Shown here: one piece after another, positions 44,499-53,530 of the stretch
Layout of the letters: each line of letters begins with the position of its first letter
Numbering within the stretch: the stretch's first letter is position 1
From: a candidate division WOR-3 bacterium
GTDB taxonomy: Bacteria > Hydrothermota > Tepidihabitantia > Tepidihabitantales > CAIPLT01
Length of the DNA: 56,520 nt
Direction of reading: 5' to 3'
NCBI GenBank assembly: GCA_039801485.1
Contig: JBDRUR010000001.1
Span: 1-56,520, forward strand
Notes under the pieces: model-generated
Databases searched by the model: none
What the model saw: the letters and a program-made list of their open reading frames with translations, nothing else
Told to the model about the DNA's origin: nothing
Translations under genes and position numbers: made by a program

Positions 44499-45614
44499 AT
44501 GATTAGGCGATATTGTTTTTTAATTATTTTATTATTGGTATATTTTTTAGTTTCATGTAATAAAGACCCAATCGGATTTAATGAATTAGAACGAGAATTA
44601 TCGGTACCATTAACTCAAACCTTATATCCTATCGAACAATATTGTTATGGTAAAAATGTGCCCTTAGGTTGGGCTGATTATCTGGTGCTTGGAAAAAATA
44701 ACGAGTATGAGTCGCGGATTTTGCTAAAATTCCCAATAGACACTTTAACGCTCGACGGTATTACTTCATTGAATTTGGTGCTATATCCATATAAATACAA
44801 TGGAATAAACTTTGACATTTATTTAATCACCAAAATCAGTGAATGGCAAGAAAATTCAGTTACGTGGAACCGAACATACGAAGGACAATCATGGCTAAAC
44901 CCCGGCGGTGATTATTATCCGCATTTAATAACAAATGTTGATTTAACAACTGATAGTTGTATTATCTCAATCGGAGTCAATCCAGCACTTTTAGATACAT
45001 TAAGGAATTATGCTAATGGTTTTATTTTAATTCCAACATCTAATGGCTTATTTGCGACAATAAATTCTCGGCACATTGGCAAAGCGCCAAAGTTAATTGT
45101 GGAATATGGTGTAACGAAAAAAACATTTACTGCTGTGCAGGATGCTCACATTATTAAAGCAATCAATTTGACACCTGACCCATATCAAGATGCTTGGCTC
45201 GGTGCCGGTTATCCTTTTCGGACAATGCTAAAGTTTGATTTAGATTCAATTCCTGATAATACGACAATTGTCTTTGCCGAACTCGTCTTGCCTGTCCAAT
45301 CTAGTTTTTCGCTATCAGATACTTTTGATATTGCGGTTTGGAAGGTGTTGGAACCGTATTTTGCTTCATTTACAAGTTTTGCCGACAATCGTTTTGCCCA
45401 AAGTCGATTTCATGCAGCTAATGATAGTATTATTAAATTTGATTTACGGAATATTGTCCAATTTTGGAAAACAAAACCAGATTCCAATTTTGGGATATTA
45501 ATTTCGTGTTATCCGCAAAATCATGAGATAAGCCGAGTGCAACTTAGAACGAATCCGGTTGGTCCTTATCTGAAAGTTGCCTATATTCTGCCACCAGAAA
45601 GGCGTTTTAAATGA
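44499..45614 (+). CDS. Lipoprotein with two DNRLRE-like carbohydrate-binding-type repeats
   Basis: Lipobox YFLVSC. Motifs: ILLKFPIDTL...ISEWQENSVTWN and TMLKFDLDSIPDNTTIVFAELVL. Family assignment is tentative. Confidence 0.4.
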   Translation: MIRRYCFLIILLLVYFLVSCNKDPIGFNELERELSVPLTQTLYPIEQYCYGKNVPLGWADYLVLGKNNEYESRILLKFPIDTLTLDGITSLNLVLYPYKYNGINFDIYLITKISEWQENSVTWNRTYEGQSWLNPGGDYYPHLITNVDLTTDSCIISIGVNPALLDTLRNYANGFILIPTSNGLFATINSRHIGKAPKLIVEYGVTKKTFTAVQDAHIIKAINLTPDPYQDAWLGAGYPFRTMLKFDLDSIPDNTTIVFAELVLPVQSSFSLSDTFDIAVWKVLEPYFASFTSFADNRFAQSRFHAANDSIIKFDLRNIVQFWKTKPDSNFGILISCYPQNHEISRVQLRTNPVGPYLKVAYILPPERRFK

Positions 45615-46765
45615 GATATTTTCATATTAAAAATACAATAATCGGTTTGTTAATTTTGACAACATTGATTAATGCCCAGTCTTTTTTTTCAATGAAGTCG
45701 TTTGGCGAAGAGCTATTATCTAATAATGCAACTGCTCTCGGATTAGGTGGTCTGGTCAGTCTTCATCGAGAAAACCCATCATTTCCATTAGTGTTAAACA
45801 AGACATCTTTTTACGCATCGGTATTATCGAACTTGGTCTATGGAAAATATCGAGAAAATGGTAGGTTAATTTATGATGTTAGACCAATGCTGGTCGAAGG
45901 TAAAATTCCGTTGCCTTATCACTTTCGAATCGGGGTTAGACTATCAGAGATTTTTAACCAAAATTTTGATGTTTATTCAGAAACTACTTCATTTGCTGGT
46001 TATCATTATCAACGACATGTCATTGGTAAAGGGGGGATGTATCGAATTGGCATTAATTGTAGTAAGTCATTTTTAAATAATAAATTCAGTTGTGGTTTTG
46101 AATACGCCAAAATTCTTGGTCAGTCCCTTGAGCAATGGACCTTTGAAGTTTTAGATAGAAATTATATTACATTAGACACGGTAATTACTGGTTATTCAAC
46201 TCATAATCTGAAATTTGGTGTCTTTACAGATGTATCATTTTTAACAATCGGAGCTATTTTCGAGAATTTTCTAACCGGTGTAATTAATAGCAAGGTAATA
46301 AGCCATAATACAATTGTTGATTCAATCAGTGGTTTAAAGTTTAATTTGCCTCAGGGTTTTGGTGCCGGTATTATTTTTAATAAGCTCACTAATACTAAGT
46401 TTTATTTAGATATATTTTACCGTAATTGGACAAAGACTTTAATTGCGGATACCGTCGTCACTAAATATCAAAACAGCATTAAATATTCTTTGGCGTTAGA
46501 ACACTGGTTTATGGAAAGTTACCCATTAAGAATTGGTATGCGTTATTATTTGTCGTATTTACGCGATTATCAGAACATCCCAATAAAAGAGTATGCCTTA
46601 ACTACCGGGAGTCGCATACCAATTGCGAATTTTGGTGCCTTTGATTATTCACTTGAACTTATTAGAAGATTTGGTAAAGAAACAAAAGAAACAATTGGCC
46701 GTATCAATTTTTCATTGGCATTTGAAGAATCGTGGAAAAAACGGACTCGGCGCTGGGGATATTAA
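45611..46765 (+). CDS. Predicted outer-membrane beta-barrel protein
   Basis: Signal peptide LLILTTLINAQS, N-terminal NATALGLGGLVSL motif, amphipathic strands throughout, terminal aromatic (..RRWGY). ATGA overlap with the upstream lipoprotein gene. Confidence 0.4.
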   Translation: MRYFHIKNTIIGLLILTTLINAQSFFSMKSFGEELLSNNATALGLGGLVSLHRENPSFPLVLNKTSFYASVLSNLVYGKYRENGRLIYDVRPMLVEGKIPLPYHFRIGVRLSEIFNQNFDVYSETTSFAGYHYQRHVIGKGGMYRIGINCSKSFLNNKFSCGFEYAKILGQSLEQWTFEVLDRNYITLDTVITGYSTHNLKFGVFTDVSFLTIGAIFENFLTGVINSKVISHNTIVDSISGLKFNLPQGFGAGIIFNKLTNTKFYLDIFYRNWTKTLIADTVVTKYQNSIKYSLALEHWFMESYPLRIGMRYYLSYLRDYQNIPIKEYALTTGSRIPIANFGAFDYSLELIRRFGKETKETIGRINFSLAFEESWKKRTRRWGY

Positions 46766-46768
46766 TCA

Positions 46769-47473
46769 ATGCTGCTAATCAGGAATTTTCGTTTGGGGCG
46801 ATTTCTTTGGACCTTATTTGTTGTCTGGTACTTTATAAATTTTAGTCATAATTTCTTTAATTCATTAAATCCATTAAAAGCGAGTATTCCATTTCTTTTC
46901 TTTATAATCTTAGTCTGCTGGATGGGTATTGAATATTATTTTAACTCGCCATTTTGGCAGTCAGGGATTATTGTACCACCAAAACTGGAACAAACTTTAT
47001 TAGCAATTTTTCTTTATGGCAGTGCAATTTATTCGATTGCTGACTATAGTGCCTTAAACCTAACACAACTGGATTTTTTAAATCCCTATATTAATATTTT
47101 GGGTATCGCGATTTTCTTGGTTGGCGTTTTGTTAAGAATTTACACATTATTAGAGTTATTAAAAAATCCGCATCAACATTTTTTTAAGATTACGATATTT
47201 CAAACTTGTCGTCATCCCCGTCACTTAGGAACAATTTTGCAAGTAATTGCAATTCCTTTAATTTTTTCGTCATATTTAGGGTTAGTAATTATTTTTGTAT
47301 GTTTATATCTAATCTATCGAATTATGAGCAATGAAGAAAAAGCCAACGAAAAAAATTTTAAGGATGAATATTTAAATTATCGGCAAGCGGTACCTTTTAT
47401 TATCCCTAAATTTTCACGAAGACGCTTTGCTAAAGTAAAATCAAAGCGTAAACCAAATGCAAGGACAAAATAA
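46769..47473 (+). CDS. Isoprenylcysteine carboxyl methyltransferase (ICMT)/phospholipid methyltransferase-family membrane protein
   Basis: Polytopic. Motif CRHPRHLGTILQVIAIPL followed by NEEKANEKNFKDEYLNYRQAVP (RHPxYxG ... E..L...FG..Y..Y type). Confidence 0.55.
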   Translation: MLLIRNFRLGRFLWTLFVVWYFINFSHNFFNSLNPLKASIPFLFFIILVCWMGIEYYFNSPFWQSGIIVPPKLEQTLLAIFLYGSAIYSIADYSALNLTQLDFLNPYINILGIAIFLVGVLLRIYTLLELLKNPHQHFFKITIFQTCRHPRHLGTILQVIAIPLIFSSYLGLVIIFVCLYLIYRIMSNEEKANEKNFKDEYLNYRQAVPFIIPKFSRRRFAKVKSKRKPNARTK

Positions 47474-47512
47474 TATTGGCATATTCAATGCAATATTGCC
47501 CGACTCTCTGCC

Positions 47513-47541
47513 TTGACAATATTTATAAATCCTATTAAAAT
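47513..47541 (+). promoter_or_regulatory. Sigma70-like promoter of clpC-bamA (TTGACA-17-TAAAAT), -10 ends 8 nt before the ATG
   Basis: TTGACA at 47513..47518, TAAAAT at 47536..47541, ATG at 47550. No SD. Confidence 0.5.
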
Positions 47542-47549
47542 TATATTAT

Positions 47550-49988
47550 ATGCAAGAACGATTTACTGAACGTGTAAGAAAAATCTTAAATTTAGCAAGA
47601 CAAGAAGCAATTAGACTACATAACGATTATATTGGTACCGAGCATATTCTTTTAAGTTTAGTTAAAGAAGGCGAAGGGGTCGCGGCAATGGTGCTAACCG
47701 ATTTAGGAATCAATTTAGATGATTTAAGAAGGGCAATTGAAAATGCGGTTAGTTACGGTTCCAAAACCTTGGTGTTAGGAGATATTCCCTTAAATCAACA
47801 AGCACGTAATGCACTCAATTGGGCAGTTGATGAGGCGCGGCGAATGAATCATACCTATATTGGTACCGAGCATATCCTGTTAGGTATTTTGCGAGAAGAA
47901 GAAAGTATCGGCTGCCAGATATTACAATCATTAGGTATTGAATTAGAAATTGTTCGGCAAGAAACGCTACGGATACTAGGTGGCGAAGTAGTCGAAACTC
48001 CCAAAAAGCAAAAATCAAAAACACCAGCTTTAGACTTTTTCTCACGCGATTTGACCCAACTTGCTCGTGAAGATAAACTCGACCCAATTATCGGACGAGA
48101 AAAAGAAATTGAGCGGGTAATTCAGATTTTAGCAAGACGCAAAAAAAACAATCCGGTCTTAATTGGCGAAGCCGGTGTTGGTAAAACCGCGATTGTTGAA
48201 GGTCTGGCACAACGAATTGTTGACGGTAGAATTCCAAGCGTCTTAAAAAATAAACGAGTTTTAGCTTTAGATATGGCAGCAATCGTTGCCGGAACAAAAT
48301 ACCGGGGTCAATTTGAAGAACGCCTCAAAGCAGTTATCAACGAAATTACTAATCAAGGCGACAGCATTATATTCATTGATGAATTGCATACAATTGTCGG
48401 CGCGGGGGCGGCCGAAGGTTCAATCGACGCATCTAATATCTTAAAACCAGCATTGGCGCGTGGAGAATTACAATGTATTGGTGCAACAACCTTAGAAGAA
48501 TATCGGAGATATATTGAGAAACACTCAGCTTTAGAACGACGATTCCAACCGGTGATGGTCGACCCGCCGTCAGTTGAAGAAACAATAAGGATTTTAATGG
48601 GACTTAAGGAAAAATATGAGTTACACCATAAAGTAGTTTATACTGATTCGGCAATTAAGGCAGCAGCATATTTGGCTGACCGGTATATTACTGACCGATT
48701 TATGCCCGATAAGGCAATCGATGTTCTTGACGAAGCCGGTTCACGGGTAAAATTACTTAGAGCAACAGTTAATCCCGAATTAGAAGAAATTGAAAAAAAG
48801 ATTGAAAAAGTACGGAAGGCAAAGGAAGAAGCAATCAAACAGCAAAAATTTGAAAAAGCGGCACTATTGCGTGATGAACAAAAAAATTTGATTGAAACCT
48901 TGAAAATGAAACGAAAAGAATGGGAGATATCTGGTAATTATCCGGTTGTTAATGAAGAAGACATTGCCTATGTCGTTGCATCCTGGTCATCAGTGCCGTT
49001 GACGAAATTAGAAGAAAATGAGCAACAACGACTATTAAAAATGGAAGAGGAAATAAAACAGCGAATAGTTGGACAAGAACATGCAATTGAGGCGATTGCC
49101 AAAGCAATTCGCAGAAGTCGTGCCGGTATTAAAGACCCACGAAGGCCAATTGGTTCTTTTATCTTTTTAGGACCGACCGGAGTTGGCAAAACCGAATTGG
49201 CGAGAGTTCTAGCAAAGTTTCTTTTTGGTCACGAAGATGCGCTGATTAGATTGGATATGAGTGAATATATGGAAAAGTTTAATGTCTCACGATTGGTCGG
49301 TGCACCACCGGGTTATGTTGGCTATGAAGAAGGTGGACAGCTGACGGAAAAAGTTCGCCGGAAACCATATTCAGTAGTTTTATTTGATGAAATTGAAAAA
49401 GCCCACCCGGATATTTTTAATATTCTGCTTCAAATATTAGAGGATGGACAACTAACTGATTCGTTAGGCCGGAAAGTTAATTTTAAGAATGCGGTCATCA
49501 TTATGACTTCCAATATCGCTACTGCTGAAATTAAAAAGGCAACTTCGTTAGGATTCCAATCTAATACTGAAGCGGAATCTTACGAAAAAATAAAAGAAAA
49601 GTTGTTAAATGAAGTTAAAAAAGTTTTTCGTCCCGAATTTTTAAATCGAGTTGACGAAATTATTGTTTTTAAATCATTAGACCGCACCCAAATGGAAAAA
49701 ATTGTTGACATTCAGATAAATGATATCGCCGAGCGTCTAAAAGAAAATAAATTGACGATTGTTCTTGAAAAAAATGCCAAAGATTTATTAGTGGAGCAAG
49801 GTTTTGACCCAGAGTTTGGTGCGCGACCGATTAAACGCGCCATTAGAAGATTGTTAGAAGACCCATTAAGTGAAGAAATATTAAAAAATAAATTTAGTCC
49901 AGGCTCGGTCATTAGGATTACTCGTGATGGCGAAAAACTTGTATTTACCAGTGAAGAAATTTCTTCATCGGTCAAAATTCCGGATTAA
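47550..49988 (+). CDS. clpC: ATP-dependent Clp protease ATP-binding subunit ClpC
   Basis: Two Clp_N repeats (GTEHILLSL and GTEHILLGI), Walker [10 protein letters not shown] and [12 protein letters not shown]-like [12 protein letters not shown]. 812 aa. Confidence 0.9.
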   Translation: MQERFTERVRKILNLARQEAIRLHNDYIGTEHILLSLVKEGEGVAAMVLTDLGINLDDLRRAIENAVSYGSKTLVLGDIPLNQQARNALNWAVDEARRMNHTYIGTEHILLGILREEESIGCQILQSLGIELEIVRQETLRILGGEVVETPKKQKSKTPALDFFSRDLTQLAREDKLDPIIGREKEIERVIQILARRKKNNPVLIGEAGVGKTAIVEGLAQRIVDGRIPSVLKNKRVLALDMAAIVAGTKYRGQFEERLKAVINEITNQGDSIIFIDELHTIVGAGAAEGSIDASNILKPALARGELQCIGATTLEEYRRYIEKHSALERRFQPVMVDPPSVEETIRILMGLKEKYELHHKVVYTDSAIKAAAYLADRYITDRFMPDKAIDVLDEAGSRVKLLRATVNPELEEIEKKIEKVRKAKEEAIKQQKFEKAALLRDEQKNLIETLKMKRKEWEISGNYPVVNEEDIAYVVASWSSVPLTKLEENEQQRLLKMEEEIKQRIVGQEHAIEAIAKAIRRSRAGIKDPRRPIGSFIFLGPTGVGKTELARVLAKFLFGHEDALIRLDMSEYMEKFNVSRLVGAPPGYVGYEEGGQLTEKVRRKPYSVVLFDEIEKAHPDIFNILLQILEDGQLTDSLGRKVNFKNAVIIMTSNIATAEIKKATSLGFQSNTEAESYEKIKEKLLNEVKKVFRPEFLNRVDEIIVFKSLDRTQMEKIVDIQINDIAERLKENKLTIVLEKNAKDLLVEQGFDPEFGARPIKRAIRRLLEDPLSEEILKNKFSPGSVIRITRDGEKLVFTSEEISSSVKIPD

Positions 49989-49996
49989 AAACACTT

Positions 49997-52213
49997 GTGT
50001 TTTCGTTAATTCTATTTTTTCTAATTAATACCCAAATCATTACTAATATTGAGGCAGAAACCAAATTCACCGACCCTAATTTAATAATCAAAACTTCCGG
50101 GATAAAAGTCGGCGAGCAATATTCTAAATATCAAATTGCCTTAGCGATTCAACGTTTATACCAACTAAAACTTTTTGAAACCATTGAGGTTGACACTATT
50201 CATATTGCTGATGGCGTTCAGGTAAAGTTTATAGTTAAAGAATTTCCGATTCTTCAAGATGTGAAGTTTTTTGGAAATCGTAAAATAAAAACTAAAGATT
50301 TAATCGAAAAAACAAAAATTAAAATTGGCGAAGTTGTCACAAACCAGAAAATTTTTGATTGGAAATTAGCAATCCAAGATTTATATAAACAAAAAGGTTA
50401 TATTTTAATTAAAGTCAATGTTCAAAAATCAGAACCCGATTCGATGAATCGAGTAAATATTATTTTCCAAATTGATGAAGGGGAGAAAGTTAGAATAAAG
50501 AAGATTGAGATAATTGGTAATTCAGCACTTTCTGATAAAAAAATAAAAAAACGGATGGCGAATAAAGAAAAAGTTTGGTATCGCAAAGGTTTATTTAGCG
50601 AGGATAAATTTAAACAAGACTTAGATAACATAATCGAGTTATACAAAGAACATGGGTTCTTGGATGCCCAGATTGTAAATTATGATATTAAATTTGATGA
50701 ACAGGATAACAATCAGTGGTTAGATTTAATAATCAACATCGATGAAGGTCAACAATACTATATTGGTGATATTTCATTCGTTGGTGATAGTGTGATAAAA
50801 TCGGAAGAGTTAAAGTCGGCATTACGGATTAAACCTAACCAAGTATATAACATCAAAAAGATAAATCAAACATTGGTAGAACTATATAGTATTTATTCGG
50901 AACAAGGCTTTATTTACGCGCAGATTACACCAAATGAAGACATTATTAACAATACAGTCTATATCAAATATTCAATCGTCGAAAATCAACCGGCGAAAAT
51001 TCGATTGGTAATTATTGAAGGCAATGAACGAACTCATGATAAAGTCATCAGAAGACAAATTAGCACTTTACCGGGTTCGATATTTAAACGTTCTGATGTT
51101 ATCAGAAGTCAACGGGACATTTTTAATCTTGGCTTTTTTGAAGATGTTAAACTTGATTATAATCGTGTCAACGAACAAGGCGATATTGATTTAATATACC
51201 AAGTTAAAGAAAAAAGTTCATTCGGCACTATTGGCGCTGGAATTTCTTACTCAGCTCAAGATAAACTTACTGGTTATATCGAATTAACCCAACCCAACTT
51301 ATTTGGTAAAGGACAACAATTATCAATTAAAGCAGAAAAAGGTGGTGCCAAAACAAATCTCCAACTCGGATTTGTTGAACCATATCTCTTTGATAAACCG
51401 ATCGCCGGTGGTATTAATGTTTCCTACTTAACTCGTCAATATGACTATTATGAAAAAAAGGAGAACGCAATTAGTTTAAGTTTTTCTCGACCATTACTGT
51501 TAGATTATTCAAGAATCCATCTGGGGATAAATATCAGCGATGTCGTCGTTCCGAGCAAATCAATTAGTGCCAATTATAAACCAACCGGTATCTATTCAGT
51601 TTATCGCGATACAACTCATCGAATAACCTTGATGCCCAGTATAAGTTTTAATCGTGATTCTCGCGATTATATATATAACCCATTATCAGGTTCATTAATA
51701 TCTTATGGGTTGGATTTCTCGACAATCGACATTTTCTTTCATCGTCATATAATTGATGCCAGCGTCTACTTTCCGATGTTTAAAAAGTTTTGTCTAATGT
51801 TTCGCACGCGAATGGGAGTGATTGAAGGGTTTCGTAATAAAGATACCGTCCCAATTTACGAACGATTTTATGCTGGCGGTACTGGTGTTGATGGAATTCG
51901 TGGTTATGGTGACCGTTCAATTGGTGTTAATGAAGGAGGCTATAATATCGGTGGTAAGGCCGAGGCAATATATTCATCAGAATTTAAGTTCCGCCCTTCG
52001 CATCAGCTTGCGTTTCTTGTTTTTGTTGATGCGGGTAATACTTGGAATTCTTTTAGAGAATTTAATATTTCTAACCTAAAACGCGGTGCCGGTGTCGGTG
52101 TCCGCCTCGAAATTCCGATGCTTGGTCTTATTGGATTTGATTTTGGCTATGGATTTGACCGAGATGGCAGAGGTCGATGGGAACCACATTTTCAATTCGG
52201 GCGAACTTTTTAA
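49997..52213 (+). CDS. bamA: Outer membrane protein assembly factor BamA
   Basis: POTRA repeats (IKVGEQYS..., IKKIEIIGNSALSD, IGDISFVGDS, IRLVIIEGNERT), Omp85 barrel with YAGG...GIRGY and C-terminal HFQFGRTF. GTG start 8 nt after the clpC stop. Confidence 0.85.
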   Translation: MFSLILFFLINTQIITNIEAETKFTDPNLIIKTSGIKVGEQYSKYQIALAIQRLYQLKLFETIEVDTIHIADGVQVKFIVKEFPILQDVKFFGNRKIKTKDLIEKTKIKIGEVVTNQKIFDWKLAIQDLYKQKGYILIKVNVQKSEPDSMNRVNIIFQIDEGEKVRIKKIEIIGNSALSDKKIKKRMANKEKVWYRKGLFSEDKFKQDLDNIIELYKEHGFLDAQIVNYDIKFDEQDNNQWLDLIINIDEGQQYYIGDISFVGDSVIKSEELKSALRIKPNQVYNIKKINQTLVELYSIYSEQGFIYAQITPNEDIINNTVYIKYSIVENQPAKIRLVIIEGNERTHDKVIRRQISTLPGSIFKRSDVIRSQRDIFNLGFFEDVKLDYNRVNEQGDIDLIYQVKEKSSFGTIGAGISYSAQDKLTGYIELTQPNLFGKGQQLSIKAEKGGAKTNLQLGFVEPYLFDKPIAGGINVSYLTRQYDYYEKKENAISLSFSRPLLLDYSRIHLGINISDVVVPSKSISANYKPTGIYSVYRDTTHRITLMPSISFNRDSRDYIYNPLSGSLISYGLDFSTIDIFFHRHIIDASVYFPMFKKFCLMFRTRMGVIEGFRNKDTVPIYERFYAGGTGVDGIRGYGDRSIGVNEGGYNIGGKAEAIYSSEFKFRPSHQLAFLVFVDAGNTWNSFREFNISNLKRGAGVGVRLEIPMLGLIGFDFGYGFDRDGRGRWEPHFQFGRTF

Positions 52214-52261
52214 CTAATAAGCATATTAATATTGAATTCGATTCTTGTTTGATAAAAAGCC

Positions 52262-52289
52262 TTGACATATAAAAATGTTATATTAATCT
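52262..52289 (+). promoter_or_regulatory. Sigma70-like promoter of speB (TTGACA-16-TAATCT)
   Basis: TTGACA at 52262..52267, TAATCT at 52284..52289. TTG at 52298 and ATG at 52304 follow with no SD. Confidence 0.4.
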
Positions 52290-52303
52290 TGCTATAGTTG
52301 TTT

Positions 52304-53134
52304 ATGAACATAGAATTTGCGAACGCTTCATATGAACAAGCAAACACGATAATATTGGGTATTCCTTATGACCGGACTAGTTCTTTTATGCCTGGAAGCC
52401 GATTTGCACCAAATGAGATTCGCATCGCGACACAAAATATTGAATATTTCAGTCCCTATTTTCAAAAGGATGTAACAAATTATAAAATTTATGATGCTGG
52501 TGATCTTGATTTATCTTATAAAACGATTCAACAAACTTTTAGGCAGATTCGACAGGTAATTACGAAACATCTAAAAAATCATAAGAAAATAATATCACTA
52601 GGTGGTGAACATACAATTACGCTACCGATTGTGACTGAGTTTGCAAAACATTATTCAAATTTGTTTGTAATTCAACTTGATGCCCACCCGGATACGCGGG
52701 TGGAGTTTTTGGGAGAAAAATTCTGTCATGCAACTGTCATGAACAACATTTCTCAAGTAATACCCTGGGAAAATATTTTCCAACTTGGATTACGATCAAT
52801 AACTGGTCCGGTAGCAAAAAATCAATATTTGTTTAATGTCGAAAAATATTTGGACGGAATAATAAAAAGAATTGGCAAAAATCCGTGTTATCTAACTTTA
52901 GATATCGATGTAATTGATTGCGGACTTTTCCCGTCAGTTCAAACTCCGATTCCTAACGGTATCACTTATCAAGAATTGTTTTCTGCTATTTATAAGATGC
53001 GCGAGTTAAATATTGTTGGTTGTGATATTGTTGAGTTCAACCCTTTAATTTCAAACAATTTAACTTATGCTTCGGTTGTTGCCGAAATATTAAGAGAATT
53101 AGTTATCATGATGAATTATAAAAAACATAAATGA
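52304..53134 (+). CDS. speB: Agmatinase (ureohydrolase family)
   Basis: GIPYDRTSSFMPGSRFAPNEIR, GGEHTITLP, QLDAHPD, TLDIDVID (Mn-binding set). The track starts at TTG 52298; the ATG two codons later is preferred. Confidence 0.85.
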   Translation: MNIEFANASYEQANTIILGIPYDRTSSFMPGSRFAPNEIRIATQNIEYFSPYFQKDVTNYKIYDAGDLDLSYKTIQQTFRQIRQVITKHLKNHKKIISLGGEHTITLPIVTEFAKHYSNLFVIQLDAHPDTRVEFLGEKFCHATVMNNISQVIPWENIFQLGLRSITGPVAKNQYLFNVEKYLDGIIKRIGKNPCYLTLDIDVIDCGLFPSVQTPIPNGITYQELFSAIYKMRELNIVGCDIVEFNPLISNNLTYASVVAEILRELVIMMNYKKHK

Positions 53135-53178
53135 AATTAATAAAAACAGTTTGTAAAAAATAGGAGGAAAAATTAGCA

Positions 53179-53343
53179 ATGTGTTGTCGTGCTTGTTCTG
53201 GTTATGAAATATGTTTTAATAAGTCTCAATTACGAGATGATTGCTGCTATCAATGTAAATATTTCGATTCCTGTATGGATTTATCAAAAGAGGAAAAAAT
53301 TAAACCGAAAATAAACTTAGCTAAAAAGAAATATATAAAATGA
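53179..53343 (+). CDS. Unannotated 54-aa cysteine-rich mini-protein with lysine-rich tail
   Basis: GGAGG at 53163..53167, 11 nt before the ATG. Translation: MCCRACSGYEICFNKSQLRDDCCYQCKYFDSCMDLSKEEKIKPKINLAKKKYIK. Eight Cys at positions 2,3,6,12,22,23,26,32. Below the 60-aa cutoff of the ORF track. Confidence 0.6.
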   Translation: MCCRACSGYEICFNKSQLRDDCCYQCKYFDSCMDLSKEEKIKPKINLAKKKYIK

Positions 53344-53380
53344 ACTATTAAATACATTCACAAAAACTAAGGAGGAGATA

Positions 53381-53530
53381 ATGTGTTGTGACATCTGTCC
53401 CTTTTATGATGAATGTCAAGAATTAGATAAACTGGATGAGAACTGTTGTAGCGAATGTCCTGACTATTCAGATTGTCAAGGTGAAAAATTTGACGAAGAA
53501 GATTACGACGAAGACCTTGATGAATTTTAA
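53381..53530 (+). CDS. Unannotated 49-aa cysteine-rich mini-protein with acidic tail, paralogue of 53179..53343
   Basis: GGAGGAG at 53371..53377, 3 nt before the ATG. Translation: MCCDICPFYDECQELDKLDENCCSECPDYSDCQGEKFDEEDYDEDLDEF. Cys at the identical positions 2,3,6,12,22,23,26,32. Confidence 0.6.
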   Translation: MCCDICPFYDECQELDKLDENCCSECPDYSDCQGEKFDEEDYDEDLDEF

